Below, piece by piece: positions 52,190-61,007 of a stretch of 64,000 nt of DNA. Location: NCBI GenBank assembly GCA_963755715.1, contig CAVWLW010000041.1, positions 32,001 through 96,000 on the forward strand. The letters run 5' to 3'. The notes under the pieces are model-generated. The model did not search any database, had not been told where the DNA came from, and worked only from the letters and a program-made list of their open reading frames with translations. The first letter of the stretch is position 1. Each line of letters opens with the position of its first letter. Both the position numbers and the translations under genes were made by a program. The DNA comes from an uncultured delta proteobacterium (GTDB lineage: Bacteria; Desulfobacterota; Binatia; UBA9968).

Positions 52190-52361
52190 CTAGTGTGGTG
52201 ACTCAAATTCGCGATATAAGTCGATCGTCATTCCGGGCAAGCGGCGATAGCTGGCGCGACCCGGAATCCAGGAATTTCAAAGGCATTTGGATACCGGCCT
52301 GCGCGGTATGACGGTTAGGTGTTATCAAATTAGTCATCGAACTTCTGAGTCAGGACACTAG
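52190..52361. mobile_element. MITE-like element bounded by CTAG and imperfect terminal inverted repeats, with an internal REP pair
   Basis: Left CTAGTGTGGTGACTCAAATTCG; right reverse complement CTAGTGTCCTGACTCAGAAGTTCG. Confidence 0.65.
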
Positions 52362-52383
52362 ACGTTCATTCCGAGGGAGCTAT

Positions 52384-52569
52384 ATGGAACTGGAAGATCT
52401 CGCGAAACGCATTCGAGACGCATGCCTTGAAGCGGTCCTTCAAGCATACGAGGATGCGGGTATGCAGGGCCTCTGTGCGGAGGGGCGTTGGGAAGCAGCT
52501 GTCGGCGCGCTGAAGACAGTTGAACTCGCGCCGCTGTTGCATGAGTTCAAACACCCGTCAGCGGATTGA
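52384..52569 (+). CDS. Small hypothetical protein
   Basis: RBS GAGGGAG; AYEDAGMQGLCAEGRWEAAV looks like a conserved motif. Confidence 0.65.
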   Translation: MELEDLAKRIRDACLEAVLQAYEDAGMQGLCAEGRWEAAVGALKTVELAPLLHEFKHPSAD

Positions 52570-52791
52570 TCGGCCCATGTAGCTCATGCAGTTGGTTAGT
52601 CGGGCCGGACTAAGATTCGACGAGCGAGATCAGCGAACTTCCGTCAAAGCTGGAACGAAATAGCCATATTCCCGGCGAACCCACCAGTGGAAGCCTGACA
52701 CGAAGCATGACGAAGCATGCTGCTAAAAGCGAAGCCAAAAGTAGCCGCCGGTAACTCATTCGCCCGGCGGATCACAGAGGAGGAATATCCA

Positions 52792-53904
52792 ATGGACCGA
52801 TTGGTGCGCTGTTTGTCCGTGATGCTGCTGCTATTGGCGACGGTCTTCGCCGCGGGTTCGGCTGCTGCCCAGGATGTCCGGCGATATATCTACGCCGCGG
52901 TGCCCGGCGTGTCGAATGACGAGCAGTTCGGCGGCGTTGGCGTCCTCGTGTTCGACGCCGACAACGGCCACAAGTTTGTCCGGCGCATCGCAACCTGGGA
53001 AACCTATCGACGCGAGGCGATCGAACCGATCAAAGGCATCGCCGCTCACGCCGGCACCGGCCGGCTCTACGTCAGCACCACGCGCCGCCTCGCGGCCTTC
53101 GATCTGGCGACCGACAAGATCGTTTGGCAGAAAGGGTACGACGCCGACTGCTGCGATCGCATGGCGGTTTCCGCCGACGGCAAGACGCTTTACGTGCCGG
53201 CCTTTGAACGGCCGAAATGGTATGTGGTCGATGCCGGCAACGGCAACGTGATCACGACCATCGTCACCGAAGGCGAAGCGCACAACACGATCTATTCACC
53301 GCACAGCGGACGCATTTACCTTGCGTCGCTGCGCACTCCGACCATGGCGGTTGCCGATAGCCGGACCAACCAGGTCGTCAAGCGCATCGGCCCTTTCAGC
53401 AATCAGACACGTCCCTTCGCGATCAACGGCAAGGAGACGCTGGTCTACGTCAACGTCAACAATCTGCTCGGCGTCGCAGTCGCGGATCTTCAGACCGGCA
53501 AGGTTCTCCACGAAGTTTCCGCGCCCGCCTTCGTCAAGGGAAAGCCCCGGGGGCACGGCACGGTCAGCCACGGCATCGCGCTCACCCATGACGAGAAAGA
53601 AATCTGGGTTGCCGACGGTCCTAACAACTACGCGCACATCTTCGACGCGACGTCTGCGCCGCCTAAGTACAAGGAAAGCGTTCGACTTCGCGCCGAGCCG
53701 GGCTGGTTGACGTGCAGTATCGACGGACGGCTGATCTACCCGTCGAGCGGGGAGGTCATCGACATCGCCAGCCGGAAAGTCATCGCTACACTGGAGGATG
53801 AAAAGGGGCGCCACGTCGAAACCGAAAAGCTGCTGCAAATCGACTTTGCCGGCGGTCGTCCGCTCCGCGCCGGCGACCAGTTCTGCTTTGGGCAGGTACG
53901 ATAG
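52792..53904 (+). CDS. Secreted YncE/YVTN beta-propeller protein
   Basis: Signal peptide; SADGKTLYV, HNTIYSP, HGIALTHDEKEIWVAD blades. Confidence 0.8.
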   Translation: MDRLVRCLSVMLLLLATVFAAGSAAAQDVRRYIYAAVPGVSNDEQFGGVGVLVFDADNGHKFVRRIATWETYRREAIEPIKGIAAHAGTGRLYVSTTRRLAAFDLATDKIVWQKGYDADCCDRMAVSADGKTLYVPAFERPKWYVVDAGNGNVITTIVTEGEAHNTIYSPHSGRIYLASLRTPTMAVADSRTNQVVKRIGPFSNQTRPFAINGKETLVYVNVNNLLGVAVADLQTGKVLHEVSAPAFVKGKPRGHGTVSHGIALTHDEKEIWVADGPNNYAHIFDATSAPPKYKESVRLRAEPGWLTCSIDGRLIYPSSGEVIDIASRKVIATLEDEKGRHVETEKLLQIDFAGGRPLRAGDQFCFGQVR

Positions 53905-54598
53905 CCTATCGTCGAACTTTGCCTGACAGATTTTTCGCTATTGGCTCATGGAGAGTTATTAGAGTTAGGCAAGTCTTACATCCCCGCATGGCACCCGTGA
54001 AGAGCATTACAGACGCGTACGTCGGCACTGCGTCAATAGCTAAAAGCGGACCCCACTTGCAATCCTCGGACTTTACAGACGTGAATATAGAACCCTCGTC
54101 AGGAAGTATATAATCCGTTTCCTCCCGCTACCGGCTCGATTCGGATGGTCAACGCCTAGGCTAGGCTAAGGTTGGCGAATCTGGGCGACGGAATCTACTT
54201 CTGAATTACCGGACTCCGCTGGCCTAGGCGCGGTTATGGGATCCGCCTGTCGATGCACAAGCTTCCAGGCGTGTCTTCACGTTGAAAAACGCCCGTAGCC
54301 GGAGCCTACTGGGGTGAACTCGGCGCTTCCCCGATCTTGGCCTTGAGCCGGTCGAATTCCACAATGTACGCAAGCTCGGGGTCACTTACTTCGTGACGTT
54401 CTCCCAGCCAGCGAACTCGCCTTCGCGGTAGTAGGGATGCCGCAGGAATCGGTGGCGGGAATCGTCGGTCAGAGTGGCAGGAATCAGGGTCAGATCTTTA
54501 CCTTTGACATTCGAAAAAGCTAAAACCTGCGGGGCCTTTGTGAAAGCCCATTTTCTCATGGGCCCAGCGGATGAGACTGACCCGTTAATCCTGCTCCA

Positions 54599-55045
54599 CT
54601 AATCCGGAATCTCGGCCTCGACGAGTTTCCCTAGCAGGATGAGCGATTCCTGCCAGCCGACGTAGCAACCCTCGGCGGGAATGACTTCGGGCACTCCCTC
54701 CTGGACGACATTCAACTCGGTTCCACAGGACACTTTCTTCAAGGTGATGGTCGTCTGCATTTCTCCGGGCAGGTTGGGGTCGTCGAATCTGTCCGTGTGG
54801 CGGATGCGTTCGTGCGGTACGAGTTCAAGATACTCTCCGCCGAAGGAGTGGCTCTTGCCGGTGCTGAAGTTGGTGAACGACATCTTGTAGGTGCCGCCGA
54901 CCTTGGCATCGATATGGTGAACCTTGCCGGTGAACCCGTTGGGCGGAAGCCATTTGGTCATGGCGTCGCCATCGAGAAACGCCCGATACACTTTTTCAGG
55001 GGTCGCACGGAGGACGCGGTGAAGGCGGATAGTGTTTCCTGACAT
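54599..55045 (-). CDS. SRPBCC/Aha1-like protein
   Basis: IRLHRVLRATPEKVYRAF...KWLPP...GW. Confidence 0.9.
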   Translation of the reverse strand: MSGNTIRLHRVLRATPEKVYRAFLDGDAMTKWLPPNGFTGKVHHIDAKVGGTYKMSFTNFSTGKSHSFGGEYLELVPHERIRHTDRFDDPNLPGEMQTTITLKKVSCGTELNVVQEGVPEVIPAEGCYVGWQESLILLGKLVEAEIPD

Positions 55046-55216
55046 GATTTCTTCTCCTTTCGGGGTTGCCGTTTTGGCCTTTCATATCTACGACGAATGA
55101 ACTCGAACGCCCAGGACAGCATCGCTGAGAATTTTTCCTGCCATCATCTCGTTCTGCGTTGTCACCATTTCTGCTCACTTGTACCCGACGGCTGCACTCG
55201 GGGCCGCGTAGCGGGA

Positions 55217-55370
55217 TCACCTCGGTCCGGCGAAAATCGATCTTCCGACACCATCCGTCGAAGTCTCAGGCGTGAAATCGAACGCATCGCTAAACTCGAT
55301 CAGCATATTGAGCGACATCATGAGGCCGAAGGCGTCGCTGTGTCGCTCGTCATCGATCAGTTCCTCGATA
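55217..55370 (-). pseudogene. O-methyltransferase C-terminal remnant (copy A)
   Basis: [33 protein letters not shown]; DNA similar to 58100-58248. Confidence 0.6.
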
Positions 55371-55409
55371 GCCACAGCTGGAGACAGGCGCTGCCGTTGA
55401 CCGCCGGCG

Positions 55410-55462
55410 AACCCGCCCTCTGCAAACGCCGATTCGGCCTCGCGCACTTCCATCCTCGCTAC
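55410..55462 (-). pseudogene. Orphan NIPSNAP 3' end
   Basis: 27-bp identity 55428-55454 vs 57530-57556; VARMEVREAESAFA. Confidence 0.75.
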
Positions 55463-57387
55463 TCGCATTCTTCCTCTGTTATGGTTTCCACCAGCCGGAG
55501 CATTTGCTCCAACGCCGAGTCATCAACGCGATGAGCCTCGTTCACGACCTCCGCCATGCGCGCCACCGTCGGCGCATCAAATAACGCCTTGACCGGCAGT
55601 TGCAACTTGAATGATTGAAGCACCCGAGATAGGACGCGCGACGCAGCCAGCGAATCACCGCCGAGATCGAAAAAATTGTCGTGGATGCCGACCCGGTCAA
55701 CGGCCAGGACTTCGGCCCAAATTTCTGTCAGGAGTTTTTCGATGTCCGATCGCGGCACGGCGAAGTCGACTTCCAATTCGGCTCTTGATTGATCGGGCGC
55801 CGGGAGCGCCAGGCGGTCGACCTTCCCATTCAGTGTAAGCGGCAGCGACTCCAAGAACACGAAGTCCGACGGCACCATGTAAGGCGGGAGCTTCTCCCTG
55901 ACGGCGCTGCGAAGAACCGAAGTTGCCGGATAAGGTTTCTCAAAAGCAACAATGTAAGCGACCAGGCCATCGTGAGCCACTCCCGCCCGCGTTCCGCAGG
56001 TCGCGACCACGGCCTCCTTGACGTTGTCCTGCGCCAGCAAGAGAGTCTCGATCTCGCCGGCTTCGACTCGGTAGCCGCGCACGCTCAGCTGAAAATCTTT
56101 CCGGCCCAAATGGTAGAGGCGATCGTCGGAGCGCAGCCGGCCCAGGTCGCCGGTGTGATAAATTCGTTCATCGCCACCGTTTGGATCCTCGACAAACTTT
56201 TCTTGGCTGAGTTCGGGACGACGCCAGTATCCCGGTGAGAGATAACGGCTCTTGACCAAGATTTCGCCGACGGTGTCGCATGGCAGCGCTGCGCCATTGT
56301 CATCGATCAAGCAAATCTCCGCCCCTTCAGTGGCATAGCCGACGGCATTTTGGATTTCCTCGAGAGAGCTCTCCGAGTCGAAATACATTCTTCGCACGGT
56401 GCCAGTTTCGGTCGTGCCGAGGCGGATGACCAGGATGGTATTGGCGGAAAAATGGCGCTGGTATTCCTCGAATTCTCTGCGCGTTACCAGATCCGATCCC
56501 AGTTGAATGATACGCAGATGCGGAAAAACTTCCTCGCCAGTGAGAGTGGCGGCAAAGTGCCGAAAAAGGACCGGCACCGAAAAAAATATCGTGACTTCTT
56601 GCCCGACCAGCCAGTCGGCAACTTGGGCCACGCCTCGTTGCCGGATATTGAACGGATAGAGCGCCGCGCCGTTGAGCAGGCTGGCAAAAGTGATCTTCAC
56701 GCTCTGGCTCACGCTACACGAGTAGAGGAGAGCGATGCGATCGTCCACGCAGATATGCAGGCCGTTGCCATAGATCAGGCTCTCGTGCAGTAGATTCGCG
56801 TGAGTTTGTATGACGCCCTTGGGCTGTCCGGTCGAGCCCGATGTGTAAATCAAAAATGCGAAATCCTGGGGCGCAGCGGCCAGGCCGGAATTCTCGCTTG
56901 AGAATGCCGAACCCAGCTCGTCGATGTTTACCAAGCCACATTGATCATGAGCCAATTCTCCGGCCAAGGAAAGATTCGCGCCGTCGGCGATCAGCAGACT
57001 TGCTTGCGAGTCCTGCAACAGGAAAGCGCTGCGGTCTTTGGGAAACGACGGATCAAGCACCAGACAAATTTTGCGAGCTTTCAGAACCGCGAGGATGGCG
57101 ACGAATAGTGGAATGTCATCTTCCATCAGCAAGGCAATGGGTTCTTGGACATTCCCGCGTTGTGCTAGGATTGCGTATGCCAAGCGATTCGCGGCTTGGT
57201 TCAAATCCCGATACGTCAGGGCTTGATCGCCATTTTTGACGGCGGTTCGGTAGCCATAGCGCGCGGCAATTTTCTCGAAGCGCGCCGGGATCGACTGCTC
57301 GACATCTTTCTTGGGAAATTCCGTGAACCGCCCCGAAGGATGAAAGCACTTGGCATGTATCGCTTGTTGTTCGAGGGGTAACTCCAT
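55459..57387 (-). CDS. Stand-alone NRPS-like adenylation + carrier (A-T) protein
   Basis: YTSGSTGQPKG, YHTGDLG, GYRVEAGEIE, LPLTLNGKVDR, FFDLGGDSL. Confidence 0.9.
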   Translation of the reverse strand: MELPLEQQAIHAKCFHPSGRFTEFPKKDVEQSIPARFEKIAARYGYRTAVKNGDQALTYRDLNQAANRLAYAILAQRGNVQEPIALLMEDDIPLFVAILAVLKARKICLVLDPSFPKDRSAFLLQDSQASLLIADGANLSLAGELAHDQCGLVNIDELGSAFSSENSGLAAAPQDFAFLIYTSGSTGQPKGVIQTHANLLHESLIYGNGLHICVDDRIALLYSCSVSQSVKITFASLLNGAALYPFNIRQRGVAQVADWLVGQEVTIFFSVPVLFRHFAATLTGEEVFPHLRIIQLGSDLVTRREFEEYQRHFSANTILVIRLGTTETGTVRRMYFDSESSLEEIQNAVGYATEGAEICLIDDNGAALPCDTVGEILVKSRYLSPGYWRRPELSQEKFVEDPNGGDERIYHTGDLGRLRSDDRLYHLGRKDFQLSVRGYRVEAGEIETLLLAQDNVKEAVVATCGTRAGVAHDGLVAYIVAFEKPYPATSVLRSAVREKLPPYMVPSDFVFLESLPLTLNGKVDRLALPAPDQSRAELEVDFAVPRSDIEKLLTEIWAEVLAVDRVGIHDNFFDLGGDSLAASRVLSRVLQSFKLQLPVKALFDAPTVARMAEVVNEAHRVDDSALEQMLRLVETITEEECE

Positions 57388-57519
57388 CCCGCTAAATTTC
57401 CTCTCGCTAGAACATGGGGTCTCGAGTGCGCACTGCCTCGGAATCAAGGGGCATGGGACATCAGCCTTGCCTAACTATAAGCAATAGCCCGTGCGCCCGC
57501 TAACGCCGTCAATCCGCTT

Positions 57520-57810
57520 CTACGCGAAGGCCGATTCGGCCTCGCGCACTTCCATCTTCGCAACGTTGGCTCCAAGTTTGACTCCGGCGGCCGCGACCGC
57601 GGCTTGGAACTCTTTGGTCTTCGCTTCGAGCTCGGCCTTATCTTTGTAGGTCCGGACCCAAATAAATTCGTTCTGTGGCCGATTCACCCAGGTGCCGACG
57701 ATGGGCACGCCGATCTTTTGGTGCAACACCATGATGTCTTCTTTGAAGTGCTTCAGAAAATTCTCCATCTCACCCTTATTGATCGTGTAAATACGAATCT
57801 GCGATATCAT
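57520..57810 (-). CDS. NIPSNAP family protein
   Basis: ISQIRIYTINKGEMENFLKHF...VGTW...NEFIWVRTY. Confidence 0.8.
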   Translation of the reverse strand: MISQIRIYTINKGEMENFLKHFKEDIMVLHQKIGVPIVGTWVNRPQNEFIWVRTYKDKAELEAKTKEFQAAVAAAGVKLGANVAKMEVREAESAFA

Positions 57811-58099
57811 TTTATTTTTCCTCCAATTTGTTTACGTCTTCCACGGCTCAGACGGTACACCATGGAAACTATCCGAGTGCGTCGCCAACAGTCAAACAAA
57901 TCTGATCGCAACGTGATCGCGCGAAAACTGGGACGATCAGCCGCATCGGATCCTCGACAAAAATTCAAAAAATCCTACATCGACGAAAAATACGGCTCGA
58001 AGAAGCGGAAAAGAAATATCGCCGAGTGGGTCCAGTTGATGCAGCAGCTGTTTTCTCAGACGAAAGTCAGTCGATACGCAAGCCTGCCACCTGCTCCTC

Positions 58100-58248
58100 C
58101 TGGCGACGAAAACCTATCTTCCGACACCATCCGTCGAAGTCTCGACCCGTGAAATCGAACGCGTCGCCAAACTCGATAAGCATATTGAGCGACATCATGA
58201 GGCCAAAGGCGTTTTTCCGTCACTCGTCATCGATCAGGTTCTCGCTAA
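58100..58248 (-). pseudogene. O-methyltransferase C-terminal remnant (copy B)
   Basis: [32 protein letters not shown]. Confidence 0.6.
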
Positions 58249-58422
58249 TTCTTCGTGAGAAGATCAGACATCGATTCGGCAGAACTAACGTCGAGATTTC
58301 GACATTGGCGCCGATACGTCAGCAACCTATCTTCGACACTATCTTCAAAGCCAAAAGACGGGGCGGTGCGTAACGCTCCTGCTTCCGCTTACTTAGTCAC
58401 GTATCCACGCCTGCCGGGGGGC

Positions 58423-58437
58423 TGGCACAGCGCTTGC
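58423..58437 (+). promoter_or_regulatory. Sigma-54 promoter
   Basis: TGGCACAGCGCTTGC is an exact TGGCAC-N5-TTGC match 70 bp upstream of 58507. Confidence 0.6.
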
Positions 58438-58506
58438 CAAATCCTTCTCAAAAGAAAGGACAAGAAGGGGAAAAGGATCGAGTTGGAGACATCCTTGTAA
58501 ACGTTC

Positions 58507-59355
58507 ATGCAGATAGTTCGACGATTCGCTTTCACTGTTTTTTGCGTTTTCTACCTCGCCGCTTGTAACTTCACCAAGACGATACCCTTCAAGACTCTAG
58601 GCGACGCATACGCCGGTGGCACGAGCCGCTTTGTCTTTCAGACTTCCGGTTCAAGTGCCGAAGCCTATCTCACCAGACCCGCAGGCCTCGGCCCGTTTCC
58701 GCTTATGATCTTGCTCCACGGCCACACGCTCGGACCCATTGGCGCCGAAAGCGTCCTGTCGGAAGCGGAAGCTTTTGCCAGCGATCTTTGCTATGCCGCT
58801 TTGGCAGTTTCGCTTCCAGGCTATGGCGCCACGGAAGTGCCGCCGGGAACAGATCCAAAAATTACCTTAAACGTAGTGTTGGACGCGGTTTCTTTGGTCA
58901 AGCGTCTGCCGTGGATAGATTCGAGGCGATTGTACGTTTACGGCTTCTCCCGTGGCGCATTCTTCGCCGCGCTACTAGCCAACCGACTTGAGGAAATCGA
59001 AGGGATAGTCTTGCACTCGGGAGCGTATGATCTGAATCGGTTCTATCAAGACAACATATGGTTTCGCTCCATGTTGAATCCCACCGGCGAAAAGAATCCG
59101 AAGCTCATCAGCATATTGCCGGAGGTTGCCACGTGGCACGCTCCGACCTTGATCCTGCATGGTGAAGAGGATTTTCTGGTTTCCGTCCAACAAGCGAACC
59201 TGTTAAGCGAATCCCTCGAGGCCGCCAAGAAGCCCTACCGCTTCGTGCTCTATCCCAATAGCGGCCATTACCTGCCATCGGAGGACGTCAGAAGAACGGT
59301 CACCGCCTTTCTCAAAGAAGTCTCCGGATCAGCCTGCCGTGCTCGCGCCAGTTGA
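58507..59355 (+). CDS. Lipoprotein alpha/beta hydrolase (S9 peptidase/dienelactone hydrolase-like)
   Basis: LAAC lipobox; GFSRG; LILHGEED; SGH. Confidence 0.82.
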   Translation: MQIVRRFAFTVFCVFYLAACNFTKTIPFKTLGDAYAGGTSRFVFQTSGSSAEAYLTRPAGLGPFPLMILLHGHTLGPIGAESVLSEAEAFASDLCYAALAVSLPGYGATEVPPGTDPKITLNVVLDAVSLVKRLPWIDSRRLYVYGFSRGAFFAALLANRLEEIEGIVLHSGAYDLNRFYQDNIWFRSMLNPTGEKNPKLISILPEVATWHAPTLILHGEEDFLVSVQQANLLSESLEAAKKPYRFVLYPNSGHYLPSEDVRRTVTAFLKEVSGSACRARAS

Positions 59356-59788
59356 TCTTTTCGACAAGCTGATCCGCCGCCTCTAAGTTCACAGCGCTAC
59401 ACAGCTCCAAGAATTCTCACCGAGCCGTGCGACTATTTATCGTTATCGGCCAGCGCTGATGCACCGCTGTTCCGTTGCCAGGTTTCGAGTCGTGAAAATC
59501 ACCGGCGGTTTCGCTGCCGATCACCAGGCTGCACAACCGTCCCGCGCAAGGGATCAAATCTTTTATCTATGACATTGGAGCGTAGCTCAGCCGACGCGCT
59601 TCCTCCGATAACGCCACCAGTTGGCGTACTAGTGATCGTTGAGCAGATATCTCGCGGTGAAAGCGAGCATATCGAGGGCTTTTTTACAGTCATAACCGCT
59701 TCAGTTTCCTTCAAGTCGCGCGCGCAGTTTCACGTTGGGAAAAAAATTCTTCGGTCAGCTCTACGGTGGGCTGTATCATAGCGAAGGT

Positions 59789-59838
59789 GTTCAATTCGTT
59801 CTCGCGGTTCAATCGCTTCGCTCCGTTCAAATCGTTCC
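59789..59838. repeat. GTTCAA-based short imperfect repeats
   Basis: GTTCAATTCGTTC, GTTCAATCGCTTCG, GTTCAAATCGTTCC; related reverse motifs at 1543-1597. Confidence 0.4.
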
Positions 59839-60259
59839 GAATGTTTAAGCTGTGTGACTGTCGTGCTCGTGGAACGTGATCGTGTCTTAAGAATTAATCC
59901 GAGGAGACGCGATGACCTTTCGCATTTCCTTAGTTCTTCGCGTTCTCGACTTCCACTCCTGGATAGCAGTCCGATTTGGCGCGAATTTTCCCGACACAAG
60001 CCCATAACTCCAAGTCCGCTTGAGAACGACTTTCGTTCGTCGTGGGCAATATTGTGCGTCAGGAGATAGCCGTGTGGTCCACTCGACACCATTTGCCCAC
60101 TCGGTACGGCGGGCAATCACCGGACTACAGCTTCCATCTTGTCACAAAAGAGCCGGATTGAGGACGTTTTGACGGAGCCACCGTGCGACCGATGATTTTC
60201 TCCGCGATTGGCAAAAGCCTTGCGTTAGAAACGACGCGAATATCTGACCGGAGGCAATC

Positions 60260-60661
60260 ATGAAAGCATTTGTCGTTTCTTTTTTCCTGCTTTTCTTAGC
60301 CGGCATTTTTGCGCCTTTGTCCTTGCGTGGCGACGAATTCAAAGTACGAGAAGCAAAAATCGCGCAGTACAAGCAATGGCTCGATACCCTGGGGCCTCAA
60401 GGATCCCAATACTGGACGCGCCTCGACTCAGGACGGCGGCCCCATCGGTTGTATCTCGGCGACGGTTTCTATCGCGCCGACTCTCAAAACCAAGAGCGTT
60501 TCATAGATACGTATTCGAACTATCTAGCGGGGCACCCGGAAAAATTCATGCTGATCGATCTCTTTGATGCCGAGACCAAGCAACCCGTAGGCGAGTATGG
60601 ATTCGGCGGCTTCAAGCTTTACCCAAAGCCTTTGCAAACCGCGGGGAGTCCACAAAAATAA
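60260..60661 (+). CDS. Secreted hypothetical protein
   Basis: RBS GGAGG; signal peptide; no recognised domain. Confidence 0.7.
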   Translation: MKAFVVSFFLLFLAGIFAPLSLRGDEFKVREAKIAQYKQWLDTLGPQGSQYWTRLDSGRRPHRLYLGDGFYRADSQNQERFIDTYSNYLAGHPEKFMLIDLFDAETKQPVGEYGFGGFKLYPKPLQTAGSPQK

Positions 60662-61007
60662 ATTGTGTTTCCTCTGTGGAAAACGTTTTGAGGGGAGGAA
60701 AGATCGATTGACCGATTGTCAAAGGTAAAGCTGAGAAGGTCAAATCTTCGAATTCGATCGAGCCGGTGGTTTACGATATCGAGAAAGGAATCGACCTTTA
60801 TTGAATCCGATCGTTAAATCTCTTCAGTAATGTCATCGCCTGTCGAGGCTAAAGAGCATGCTGAACTACTCTCCAGCAAACGCGGGGATTCCAACCCGCC
60901 GAAATTGAAGCCCGCAAAGTATTGCTTGACACTTTCCCGCTGTTGTTTGTACATGTCGTCTTGCGATGAGTCCGACCTAATATTTTGCGCCGGAAGGCGG
61001 AGGCGTC

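Noticed and set aside
53905-54480. Gene or ncRNA in the gap after the beta-propeller gene
   Set aside because: Only a short unassignable minus-strand fragment (..DPELAYIVEFDRLKAKIG..); no supportable call.
55217-55468. 83-aa ORF as a novel fusion protein
   Set aside because: It is an in-frame join of NIPSNAP and methyltransferase remnants; no evidence it is expressed.
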